Below are positions 47,704 through 57,023 of a stretch of 64,000 bases of DNA, one piece after another. The translations under genes were made by a program, and so were the position numbers. Under the pieces are notes generated by a model that saw nothing but the letters and a program-made list of their open reading frames with translations, was not told the origin of the DNA and made no database searches. The stretch comes from Flavobacteriales bacterium (GTDB lineage Bacteria > Bacteroidota > Bacteroidia > Flavobacteriales > UBA7430): NCBI GenBank assembly GCA_002692065.1, contig NZJX01000011.1, positions 786 to 64,785 on the forward strand. Reading direction: 5' to 3'. Numbering within the stretch: position 1 is the stretch's first letter; every line of letters starts with the position of its first letter.

Positions 47704-48977
47704 TGTATGAAATAAGTGTAATAGGACTGGGATACGTTGGCCTTCCTCTTGCTGTTGAATTTAGTAAATATTACAAAACTATTGGTTATGATATTAATTC
47801 TAAAAGGATAGAAGAACTCAACAATTATTTAGATATTACTCTTGAAATTTCTAAAAAAGAATTAAAAAATGTTTTAACAAAAAAAAATGAAAACTTAACT
47901 GGACTATTTTTAAGTAATGACTTAGATTCAACTAAAAATTCAAATATTTATATAATTACAGTCCCAACTCCAATAGATAGTAGTAAAAAACCTAATTTAA
48001 ATCATTTAATAAAAGCATCAACTGATATTAGTAAGTTTATTAAAAAAAATGATATTATAATATATGAAAGCACAGTTTACCCCGGAGCTACTGAAGAAAT
48101 TTGTGTCCCAATTCTAGAAAAACATAGTAAATTGAAATTTAACTCTGAGTTTTTTGTTGGATACTCTCCTGAAAGAATTAACCCTGGTGATAAAAAGCGT
48201 AAAATTTCTAAAATAATTAAAGTTACTTCTGGGTCAACTAAAGAAACAGCAACTAAAGTTAATAATCTATACAAAAAAATAATAACTGCTGGAACCCATT
48301 TAGCTTCCTCCATAAAAGTTGCAGAAGCATCAAAAGTGATTGAAAATACTCAAAGAGATATCAATATTGCTTTTGTAAATGAATTAGCTAAAATCTTTAA
48401 ATTATTAAATATTAACACCAATGATGTTCTTCAAGCTGCAAAAACTAAATGGAATTTTTTACCATTTAAACCTGGTCTAGTTGGAGGACATTGCATTGGA
48501 ATTGATCCTTATTATTTAGCTGACAAGGCACAAGATATAGGTTATTACCCTGAGATTATTTTAGCTGCAAGAAGATTAAATGACTCAATGGGCTTTTTTA
48601 TTTCGTCCGAGGTTGTTAAAGAAATGATCAAAGCAAATATTAAAATTAAGAATTCTAATATTTTAGTTATGGGGGTGACTTACAAAGAAGATTGTCCTGA
48701 TACTAGGAATTCAAAAGTTATCGATATAATTAATAAGCTATATGAATATAAAATTAATATTGATGTATATGACCCTTTGGCTAATATGAATGAAGTCAAG
48801 CAAAAATTTAATATAAATATTTATAATACTTGCCCTTCCAAAAAATACAATTGTATTTTGATAGCCGTTGCTCACAAAAAATTTTTAAAATTTGATATCA
48901 ATAATTATAAAGATAAAAACTGTATTATTTATGATGTAAAAGGTATATTGAATAGTTCTCAAAATATTACTTTGTAA
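47703..48977 (+). CDS. UDP-N-acetyl-hexosamine 6-dehydrogenase (TviB/WbpO/CapL-like)
   Basis: VIGLGYVGLPLA, GGHCIGIDPYY, 424 aa. Confidence 0.85.
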   Translation: MYEISVIGLGYVGLPLAVEFSKYYKTIGYDINSKRIEELNNYLDITLEISKKELKNVLTKKNENLTGLFLSNDLDSTKNSNIYIITVPTPIDSSKKPNLNHLIKASTDISKFIKKNDIIIYESTVYPGATEEICVPILEKHSKLKFNSEFFVGYSPERINPGDKKRKISKIIKVTSGSTKETATKVNNLYKKIITAGTHLASSIKVAEASKVIENTQRDINIAFVNELAKIFKLLNINTNDVLQAAKTKWNFLPFKPGLVGGHCIGIDPYYLADKAQDIGYYPEIILAARRLNDSMGFFISSEVVKEMIKANIKIKNSNILVMGVTYKEDCPDTRNSKVIDIINKLYEYKINIDVYDPLANMNEVKQKFNINIYNTCPSKKYNCILIAVAHKKFLKFDINNYKDKNCIIYDVKGILNSSQNITL

Positions 48978-49001
48978 ATATTTAAAATGACAAATTAAAT
49001 A

Positions 49002-49466
49002 ATGATAGAAGAACATAAAAAATATTGGTTCATATTGTGTACTAAGGCTAGACAAGAGTTAAAAGTATCAGAAATTTTAAATCAATTAGGTATTGAGGCA
49101 TACACCCCTACTAAAATTGAAGTTAAGAGTTGGTCTGATCGAATAAAAAAAGTTCGAACTAGTTTATTACCTTCAATGGTCTTGGTAAAAATACCCAAAA
49201 ATAAAGTAAATAAAGTTTTTGATGTACCCGAAGTAAAAAGATATTTGTTTGTTAATGGTGTTAGAGCAAAAGTTTATGATTATGAAGTAGATGCTATGAA
49301 AAGTTATTTATTTAGCAAATTTAAATCAGACGGACAAATAAAAATTGGTAATGAAATTAATATACCGCATTTAAATCAATCAGGAAAAATTATAAAGGTT
49401 AATGCAAGAAAGTGTATTGTCCGATTACAGCTGCTGGGTGCAAAAATGTCAATTCAGCTAAGTTGA
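49002..49466 (+). CDS. UpxY-like NusG-family transcription antiterminator
   Basis: NGN domain YWFILCTKARQELKV...KSWSDRIKKVRTSLLPSMVLVKI (WSDR motif typical of Bacteroidota UpxY) and a KOW-like C-terminus IKIGNEINI...GKIIKV. Confidence 0.8.
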   Translation: MIEEHKKYWFILCTKARQELKVSEILNQLGIEAYTPTKIEVKSWSDRIKKVRTSLLPSMVLVKIPKNKVNKVFDVPEVKRYLFVNGVRAKVYDYEVDAMKSYLFSKFKSDGQIKIGNEINIPHLNQSGKIIKVNARKCIVRLQLLGAKMSIQLS

Positions 49467-49612
49467 TTTAACTGAAAATTAGTTTTAAGGCAGGATTTTT
49501 GGTGATTTTTGAAAAATAAGCTCATTAATAAAAAGTTAAATCCAGAATTTTTAATAACCTTATAGTAAAAGCATTAGTTAGCGTTGTTACTTTTATTTTA
49601 ATCAATTTTAAT

Positions 49613-49620
49613 TATTTTTG
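49613..49620 (+). promoter_or_regulatory. Candidate -7 promoter box TATTTTTG inside the 441-nt gap
   Basis: This is the only exact TAnnTTTG in 49467-49907. It lies 287 nt upstream of the galE ATG. A chance occurrence in AT-rich DNA is plausible, roughly 1 per kb per strand. Confidence 0.25.
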
Positions 49621-49669
49621 TTATGTGATTGACTTGGTCTTTATTAGCTTTTTTTATGTGACCATTATT

Positions 49670-49684
49670 GGCGAAGCCGTGTCC
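49670..49684 (+). promoter_or_regulatory. GC-rich island GGCGAAGCCGTGTCC in the AT-rich leader; speculative ops-like NusG-paralogue loading site
   Basis: 11 of the 15 nt are G/C. It shares the GGCG....CGTG frame with the E. coli RfaH ops GGCGGTAGnnTG (8/12) and contains a GGC-gaa-GCC mini-hairpin. It lies on the non-template strand about 50 nt downstream of the candidate -7 box. Confidence 0.2.
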
Positions 49685-49907
49685 TATTGATAATATTTTA
49701 TCAAACAATAATTAATTAGTTCAATTCGAATTTTGAATTAAAAGGAGTTAACAGTAGTGATTTCTGATATTGATGTGACATGTCTGTCAGATTTAAATGA
49801 GATGAAAGGTTAAACTACCGGAGGTAATCTTGTAAAAGATAACATTCATTAGAAAACAAATTAGTGGTTATTGGTAAATACATTTCAATATTCAAAATTT
49901 TCTTAAA

Positions 49908-50903
49908 ATGAGAAAAAAAATATTAGTTACAGGAGGCGCAGGATATATTGGATCGCATACTGTTTTTGAGTTATATAAAGTTGGATATCTGCCTATAATT
50001 ATTGATAATTTATGTAATACTACCGACCAAAATTTATTTGGATTAAATAAAATTTTAAGAACTAATATTCCATTTTATAAAATTGATTGTAGTGATTTAG
50101 GTCAAATGCAAAAATTTTTTAAAACTCATAATGATATATATGCTTGTATTCATTTTGCTGGTTATAAGTCCGTTAGTGAGTCTGTTGAAAATCCAAAAAA
50201 ATATTATGATAATAATATTGGTTCTACTGAAGTATTATTGAAATGTTTAGAGAAAAGTAATTTTAAAAATTTAATTTTTTCTTCTTCCTGCACTGTTTAT
50301 GGTATGCCTGATATACTTCCAGTCAATGAAAAGGCTCCATTTAAAAAAGCTGAATCTCCATATGGTGAAACAAAGCAAAAGTGTGAAATTTTAATAAACT
50401 CAAGCTCATGTAATAGTATATCTCTGAGATATTTTAACCCTATTGGCTCTCATAATTCTGGACTAATTGGGGATTGTTCTAGTGATAATGCTAGTAATTT
50501 AGTACCAATTGTTGCAGAAGTTGCATGTGGAATCCGTGATAGATTAATTGTAAATGGAGATGATTATGATACTAAAGATGGTACTTGCATTAGAGATTAT
50601 ATTCATGTTCAAGATTTAGCAGTAGCTCACGTCAAAGCCTTAAATTATTTATTAGAAAACAAAGTTAAAGAGGTCTTTAATGTTGGAACTGGAAATGGAT
50701 TAAGTGTTTTAGATATTATAAATACGTTTGAAAAAGTGAATAATTTAAAAGTTAATTATAATTTCGGGCCAAGGAGATTAGGTGATATACAAGAAATATA
50801 TTCAGATGGTGATAAAATAATGAATGTCCTTAAATGGAAAGTAAATAAAACCATTAATGAAGCTTTAATTTCAGCTTGGAATTGGCAAAAATCAAGAAAA
50901 TAA
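49908..50903 (+). CDS. galE: UDP-glucose (or UDP-GlcNAc) 4-epimerase
   Basis: GGAGYIGSH, YGETKQ, 331 aa. Confidence 0.9.
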   Translation: MRKKILVTGGAGYIGSHTVFELYKVGYLPIIIDNLCNTTDQNLFGLNKILRTNIPFYKIDCSDLGQMQKFFKTHNDIYACIHFAGYKSVSESVENPKKYYDNNIGSTEVLLKCLEKSNFKNLIFSSSCTVYGMPDILPVNEKAPFKKAESPYGETKQKCEILINSSSCNSISLRYFNPIGSHNSGLIGDCSSDNASNLVPIVAEVACGIRDRLIVNGDDYDTKDGTCIRDYIHVQDLAVAHVKALNYLLENKVKEVFNVGTGNGLSVLDIINTFEKVNNLKVNYNFGPRRLGDIQEIYSDGDKIMNVLKWKVNKTINEALISAWNWQKSRK

Positions 50904-50910
50904 ATAAATT

Positions 50911-52236
50911 ATGAATATTACAGTTATAGGATCCGGATATGTTGGGCTTGTCTCAGGGACATGCTTTGCAGAAATGGGAAATAAGGTCACTTGTGTAGAT
51001 ATAGACTCTGTCAAGATTGAAAAATTAAATCAAGGGGTTATACCTATTTTTGAACCTGGTCTAGAGACCATGGTATTGAAAAATGTAAAAAATAAAAATC
51101 TTTTTTTTACAACTAAGTTACATGAAGCTTTAAAAAGTTCTGAAATCGCTTTTATTGCTGTTGGCACTCCAATGGGTGATGACGGTTCTGCAGATTTACA
51201 ATATGTATTAGCTGTTGCGAAGTCGATTGGACAGTCTATGCAAAAAAGATTGATTGTAGTTGATAAGTCTACAGTTCCTATTGGAACTGCTGATAAGGTG
51301 AAGGCTACCATTCAAAAAGAGTTAGATGAACGGAAATCTGATTTGCATTTTGATGTAGTTTCTAATCCAGAATTCTTAAAAGAGGGTGCTGCAATCGCAG
51401 ATTTTATGAAACCAGACAGGGTAGTTGTTGGTACGGATTCTGATTATGCTGAAGAAACATTGAAACAATTGTATCAGCCATTTTGTATGTCAAGGCAGCG
51501 GTTCATAACTATGGATATTCGTTCTGCAGAAATGACAAAGTATGCCGCTAATACAATGTTAGCTACTAAAATCTCTTTTATGAATGAAATTGCCAATATT
51601 TGTGAAAGGGTAGGAGCTGATGCCAATCAAGTAAGAATAGGAATTGGCTCTGATGAGAGGATTGGGTATAGTTTTATATACCCCGGTGCAGGCTATGGTG
51701 GCTCATGTTTTCCCAAAGATGTAAAAGCACTCACAAAAATAGCCAAAGAAAATAATTACAATGCTCAACTTATAAATGCGGTAGAAAGAGTAAACAACGC
51801 CCAGAAATTAGTAATTGCTCAGAAAATAATAACTCGTTTTGGAGAAGACCTTACTGGCTTTACTTTCGGTATTTGGGGATTAGCATTCAAGCCAGGAACT
51901 GATGACATGAGAGAAGCACCAGCTATATATGTTATAAAGGAGTTGGTGAAACGAGGAGCTAAAATAAAAGCTTACGACCCAAAGGCTGTAAATGAGGCAA
52001 AAGATCATTACCTCAAAGGAGTTCAAAATATAACCTATGCTGATTTTAAGTATGAAGTTTTAAAAGATTCAAATGCATTAGTATTACTTACTGAGTGGAA
52101 AGAATTCCGTTCTCCAAATTTTGAAGAGATTAAAACACAATTAAAAACACCTGTCATTTTTGATGGTCGTAATCAGTACAGTACATTTAGCCTTGAGAAA
52201 AAAGGATTTGAATATAATCAAATAGGAAAAAAATAG
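50911..52236 (+). CDS. ugd: UDP-glucose 6-dehydrogenase
   Basis: VIGSGYVGLV, GGSCFPKD, 441 aa. Confidence 0.93.
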   Translation: MNITVIGSGYVGLVSGTCFAEMGNKVTCVDIDSVKIEKLNQGVIPIFEPGLETMVLKNVKNKNLFFTTKLHEALKSSEIAFIAVGTPMGDDGSADLQYVLAVAKSIGQSMQKRLIVVDKSTVPIGTADKVKATIQKELDERKSDLHFDVVSNPEFLKEGAAIADFMKPDRVVVGTDSDYAEETLKQLYQPFCMSRQRFITMDIRSAEMTKYAANTMLATKISFMNEIANICERVGADANQVRIGIGSDERIGYSFIYPGAGYGGSCFPKDVKALTKIAKENNYNAQLINAVERVNNAQKLVIAQKIITRFGEDLTGFTFGIWGLAFKPGTDDMREAPAIYVIKELVKRGAKIKAYDPKAVNEAKDHYLKGVQNITYADFKYEVLKDSNALVLLTEWKEFRSPNFEEIKTQLKTPVIFDGRNQYSTFSLEKKGFEYNQIGKK

Positions 52237-53253
52237 ATGAAAATATTAGTAACTGGTGCAGCTGGATTTATTGGATTTCATACTTGTTTAAGATTAGTAG
52301 ACCAAGGTCATGAAGTTTATGGCATTGATAATATTAATGATTATTATGACCCAAAATTAAAGTTTGATCGATTAAATGAATTAGGTTTTAGTCCAGTTGC
52401 AACAAAAATCTTTAATACTGAAGTTCAAAGTTGTAAATTCAATTCTTTACGATTTTCTAGAATAGATATAGTTGATCATGAAATTATTGATAATTTATTT
52501 AAACAAGAACAATTTGAAATAGTTTGTAATTTAGCTGCTCAAGCGGGTGTTCGATATTCCATAGAAAATCCTAAATCATACATTGATAGCAATATCTCCG
52601 GATTTATAAATATTCTTGAAGGATGTTGAAATCATAAAGTAAACCATTTAGTTTATGCTAGCAGTTCTAGTGTATACGGAGAAAATAAAAAAATACCTTT
52701 TGAAACAAATGATAATGTAGATCATCCCATTAGTTTATACGCTGCTACTAAAAAGAGCAATGAACTAATGGCCTACAGTTATGGACATTTGTATGACTTT
52801 AAAACTACTGGGTTACGTTTTTTTACTGTTTATGGAGCTTGGGGAAGACCAGATATGGCTTATTATTTATTTACTGATGCAATTTCAAATAATCATCCTA
52901 TTAAAGTTTTTAATAATGGTCAAATGGAGCGTGATTTTACATATATAGACGATATAATAAATTGTCTTACTAAAGTTATTGAAAAAAATATTGACTCTAG
53001 AGAACATTATAAAATATATAATATTGGGAACAATAAAACTGTAAGCTTACACGACTTTATAAATACTATTGAGATTGCTATGGATAAAAAAGCAATTAAA
53101 AAAATGTACCCAATGCAAAAAGGAGATGTTTCAAGAACATTTGCTGATATAACAGAATTAACAAAGGATTATAAATATTCTCCAAGTACAGATATTAAGT
53201 CTGGAATTGAAAACTTTGTAAATTGGTTTATGAATTACAACAAAAATAAATGA
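52237..53253 (+). pseudogene. UDP-glucuronate 4-epimerase interrupted by a single in-frame TGA (52627-52629)
   Basis: One frame throughout: GAAGFIGFH...NILEGC*NHKVNHLVYASSSSVYG...YAATKKSNE. The track splits it into 52237-52629 and 52768-53253. The TGA sits where homologues usually have Arg (CGA). Confidence 0.7.
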
Positions 53254-54368
53254 GAAAAAAAATATTATTAATTTTTGGGACACGACCAGAGGCTATTAAA
53301 ATGGCTCCTCTCGTAAAAGAATTTCAAAGCTATCCTAATATTTTTATAACTAAAATTTGTGTAACTGCTCAGCATAGAGAAATGCTAGATCAAGTATTAG
53401 ATTTTTTTGAGATAATTCCTGATTATGATTTAGACTTAATGAAGCCCGGTCAAAATTTATATGGATTGACATCTACAATAATTGAGTCGTTGAAGCCAGT
53501 TCTTGAAGATTTTACTCCTAATTTTGTTTTTGTTCATGGTGATACTACTACCACAATGGCGGGATCTATTGCAAGTTTCTATTCTGGTGCAAAAGTATGC
53601 CATGTGGAGGCAGGATTGAGAACAAATAATAAATTATCACCTTTTCCTGAAGAAATAAATCGTCAAATTACAGGTAGGATTTGTGATTATCATTTTGCTC
53701 CTACAGAAACTTCAAAAAAAAACTTACTTAAAGAAAACATCTCTGATAGTTCAATTTTAGTTACTGGAAACACGGTGATTGATGCTTTGATTAAATCTGT
53801 TGAAAAAGTTAATGAAGAACCTAGTCAATTAATTCAAGAACTCTCAAAGCAAATCGGAAATCAAGAAGTTGTTTTGGTAACAGGTCACCGAAGAGAGAAT
53901 CATGGCTATGGATTTGAAAGAATTTGTAAAGGGTTAAAACGAATAGCTGAGGATGATCCAAATCGTTTAATTATTTATCCTGTTCATCTAAACCCAAAAG
54001 TACATGAACCTGTAAATAGAGTATTATCAGGAGTTAGTAATGTAATCTTAATAGATCCCCTAGCATATCAAGATTTTATTTGGCTCATGAATAGATCTAA
54101 AATTATTATTACTGATAGCGGGGGTGTTCAAGAAGAAGCCCCTAGTTTAGGTAAGCCGGTTTTAGTTATGAGAGATACTACTGAAAGACCTGAGGCAGTA
54201 GAAGCTGGAACAGTTTTGTTGGTAGGGACTAATGAAGAGTTAATAGTTTCAAAAGCTTTGGATTTATTAAATAATAATGAAAACTTTGATAAAATGTCAA
54301 AACTTCACAATCCATATGGAGATGGGTTGGCGTCAAATAGAATTGTAACCTTTATAAAAAAACTATAA
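53250..54368 (+). CDS. wecB: UDP-N-acetylglucosamine 2-epimerase (non-hydrolysing)
   Basis: GTRPEAIKMAP, DSGGVQEEAPSLGKPVLVMRDTTERPE. Confidence 0.93.
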   Translation: MRKKILLIFGTRPEAIKMAPLVKEFQSYPNIFITKICVTAQHREMLDQVLDFFEIIPDYDLDLMKPGQNLYGLTSTIIESLKPVLEDFTPNFVFVHGDTTTTMAGSIASFYSGAKVCHVEAGLRTNNKLSPFPEEINRQITGRICDYHFAPTETSKKNLLKENISDSSILVTGNTVIDALIKSVEKVNEEPSQLIQELSKQIGNQEVVLVTGHRRENHGYGFERICKGLKRIAEDDPNRLIIYPVHLNPKVHEPVNRVLSGVSNVILIDPLAYQDFIWLMNRSKIIITDSGGVQEEAPSLGKPVLVMRDTTERPEAVEAGTVLLVGTNEELIVSKALDLLNNNENFDKMSKLHNPYGDGLASNRIVTFIKKL

Positions 54369-54371
54369 ATA

Positions 54372-55592
54372 ATGAAACCAGAAGTTGTAACTGTAGGATT
54401 AGGATATATAGGACTACCAACATCAGCATTAATTGCTTCTCATAATACAAATGTGTTAGGAGTAGATATAAACCAAAGTGTTGTTGACACTATAAACAGT
54501 GGTAAAATACATATTGTTGAACCGGATTTAGATCAAATTGTATCAAAAGCCGTATCAGATGGATTTTTTAAAGCATCAACAAAACCTAACTCGGCTGATG
54601 TATTCTTGATAGTAGTTCCAACTCCTTTTAAGGGTAATCACGAGCCAGATATTTCATTTGTTAAAGCCGCAACGAAAGGTGTTATTCCACATCTGAAAGA
54701 AGGTGATTTATACATTATCGAGTCTACTTCACCAATTGGTACCACCGAGAAAATGGAAAAACTAATTTACACATCTAGGCCTGAATTAAAAGATAAAATA
54801 TATATTGCATATTGCCCTGAGAGAGTATTACCTGGAAACGTAATGCATGAGCTTGTTGAGAATGACCGTGTAATTGGAGGAGTAAATGAGGCTTCTACTC
54901 ACATAGCAATCTCATTTTATAGTAAATATGTAAAAGGTAAATTGCATGCAACAAATGCTCGTACCGCTGAAATGTGTAAACTAGTAGAAAATTCATCTCG
55001 AGACTCTCAAATAGCGTTTGCTAATGAGCTTTCTTTAATATGCGATAAAGCTGATATTAACGTTTGGGAATTAATCAATCTTGCTAATAAACACCCTAGA
55101 GTAAACATCTTACAACCAGGCTGTGGCGTTGGCGGGCACTGTATCGCCGTAGATCCATACTTTATTGTTTCTGACTATCCAGCAGAATCAAAAATGATTG
55201 GTACAGCAAGAGAGGTCAACAACTACAAGTCTTTTTGGTGTGCTGAAAAGATTCAAAATGAGAAACTTCAATTTGAATTAAAATATGGTAAAAAGCCAAA
55301 AATCGCTTTAATGGGCTTAGCATTTAAACCAAATATTGATGATTTAAGAGAATCCCCAGCTAAATATATAGTTCAAAAAGTATTACAAAATTCAAATAAT
55401 GCAAAATACTATATAGCTGAGCCTAATATTGAGTCACATAATGTTTACAAACTAACCAATTATAAAGAAGCTGTAAAAGAAGCCGATATTATTGTATTTT
55501 TAGTAGCTCATGATGAGTTTAAGAGTTTAAATGTAAACTCTGATAAACTAATACTAGATTTTTGTGGAATAAAAATGAACTATAAAGTTTAA
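54372..55592 (+). CDS. wecC: UDP-N-acetyl-D-mannosamine dehydrogenase
   Basis: VGLGYIGLPT, GVGGHCIAVDPYF. Located directly after wecB. Confidence 0.9.
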   Translation: MKPEVVTVGLGYIGLPTSALIASHNTNVLGVDINQSVVDTINSGKIHIVEPDLDQIVSKAVSDGFFKASTKPNSADVFLIVVPTPFKGNHEPDISFVKAATKGVIPHLKEGDLYIIESTSPIGTTEKMEKLIYTSRPELKDKIYIAYCPERVLPGNVMHELVENDRVIGGVNEASTHIAISFYSKYVKGKLHATNARTAEMCKLVENSSRDSQIAFANELSLICDKADINVWELINLANKHPRVNILQPGCGVGGHCIAVDPYFIVSDYPAESKMIGTAREVNNYKSFWCAEKIQNEKLQFELKYGKKPKIALMGLAFKPNIDDLRESPAKYIVQKVLQNSNNAKYYIAEPNIESHNVYKLTNYKEAVKEADIIVFLVAHDEFKSLNVNSDKLILDFCGIKMNYKV

Positions 55593-55718
55593 ATAATAAT
55601 GTATATTAAACCTCCTCAGATAAAAGAAAATTACGATTATATTGTTTGTGCTAGCATTACTGGACTTAGATTTCTTGTAGAACAAATTGTGAAAGAAAAA
55701 TATTTTTAAATCTAGAAG

Positions 55719-57023
55719 TTGATCAGTTTAGGAAAAAATATTAAAAAAGTCTTTAAAAATGCTGGTATTTTAGCTAGTGGAGATATTATTGCAGCTATTT
55801 TTGGATTAATTTCATTTGGAATTCTTGGTAGGTCTCTCGGCGTTAATAGTTTGGGTGCATTCAGCGTTATCATTACATATGTTACATTAATTGAGAAGTT
55901 TTTTAATTTTCAATCATGGCAAGCTTTAATTAAATATGGAAATAAATTTAATTGTAAAAAAGAAATTTTAAATTTTAATCTGCTAAATAGTTTTGGTCTT
56001 TTAGTTGATATTTTTTCAGCCATCATTGCTTTTTTATTGTCAATAACACTTTGTAATTATTTAGTTGATTTTTTTAATTGGAGTTCAGAAGAAATAAAAT
56101 TAATTAAAATATATTCTATTGTAATATTATTTAATATTGAAGGTGTTCCAACAGCAATATTTAGAATTCAAAATAAATTCTTGTATTTTTCTAAAAAAGC
56201 AGTAATAATTTCCTCAATCAAACTTATTCTTTTTTTTATTGGCTGGTCATATTCTTTTGAGATAGATTATTATATATATTCTACATTAATCGCTCAAATT
56301 ATTGGCTATATTTTTTTTCTATCAAAATCGTTAAATTATTCTGATTTAAATCTAATTCAAATTTTAAGTAATTCGAATATTAAAAAAGTTTTAAGAAAAA
56401 ATCCAAAATTTTTATCTTTTTTATTTCAATCTAATATTCAATCTTCTTTAAAACTTTCAACTTCTCTTTTCGACACCCTTCTTGTAAGTAAATATTTAGG
56501 AGATTCTGCAGCTGGCTTGTTACAAGTTGCAAAACAATTCTCCAAAATATTTACTCAAATTTCATCGCCTCTTTATAAGAGTATCTATCCTGAATTAGCC
56601 TCTCTTTGGCAGTTAAATAATATTAAAGAATTCAAATTACTAATTTTAAATTCAATAAAAATTACGATGATAGCTTCATCTTTTATGTATTTACTATTTG
56701 TTTTTTTTGGGAAGTTTATTATTATGACCTATATAGGTCTTGATTTTATCAATAGTTATTATTTAATGGTTTTTTATTTTCTTGGTAATGTAATTCAATC
56801 CTCATCATTTCCTTTATCACCTGCATTTTTAGCTATGGGCTATCCAAGAATACCCTTAATAACTACCTTTATAAGTTCATTATTTTTCATTATTATATTC
56901 ATTCTCACTTATAAAAAATATGATTATTTGACAATTGGCATTTCTTACGCTTTAATGACTTCATTATGGTTATTTTTAAATATTTTTATGTATAAACATA
57001 AAATGAAAAAATATTATGATTAG
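55719..57023 (+). CDS. wzx: Polysaccharide flippase (MOP/Wzx family)
   Basis: 434 aa, about 12 predicted hydrophobic segments, glycan-locus context. TTG start. Confidence 0.75.
   Translation: MISLGKNIKKVFKNAGILASGDIIAAIFGLISFGILGRSLGVNSLGAFSVIITYVTLIEKFFNFQSWQALIKYGNKFNCKKEILNFNLLNSFGLLVDIFSAIIAFLLSITLCNYLVDFFNWSSEEIKLIKIYSIVILFNIEGVPTAIFRIQNKFLYFSKKAVIISSIKLILFFIGWSYSFEIDYYIYSTLIAQIIGYIFFLSKSLNYSDLNLIQILSNSNIKKVLRKNPKFLSFLFQSNIQSSLKLSTSLFDTLLVSKYLGDSAAGLLQVAKQFSKIFTQISSPLYKSIYPELASLWQLNNIKEFKLLILNSIKITMIASSFMYLLFVFFGKFIIMTYIGLDFINSYYLMVFYFLGNVIQSSSFPLSPAFLAMGYPRIPLITTFISSLFFIIIFILTYKKYDYLTIGISYALMTSLWLFLNIFMYKHKMKKYYD

Noticed and set aside
49467-49907. Invertible (Bacteroides fragilis-type) promoter or a small protein gene in the 441-nt gap
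   Set aside because: I found only a 7-nt inverted match (aataacc at 49553 and ggttatt at 49866) and no longer flanking inverted repeats. No recombinase gene is nearby. The longest ATG-initiated ORFs on either strand are 22 codons or fewer. A 52-codon open frame (49532-49687, hydrophobic) has no ATG/GTG/TTG start early enough to be convincing.
52627-52629. TGA as a recoded codon (Trp, Gly or Sec) rather than a stop
   Set aside because: TGA terminates several well-delimited genes in this window (sufS, sufE, the histidine kinase gene, upxY, the QC-like gene). I saw no SECIS-like hairpin downstream, and homologues have Arg at that position, not Cys/Sec, Trp or Gly.
49900-55600. Calling the GC-richer galE-ugd-wecBC segment a horizontally acquired island on composition alone
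   Set aside because: My hand-counted samples there range from 28% to 48% GC. Conserved cores of housekeeping genes (for example ileS 17101-17160 at about 43%) are just as GC-rich. The contrast with the AT-rich glycosyltransferase core can therefore be explained by amino-acid constraint. It needs codon-level statistics.
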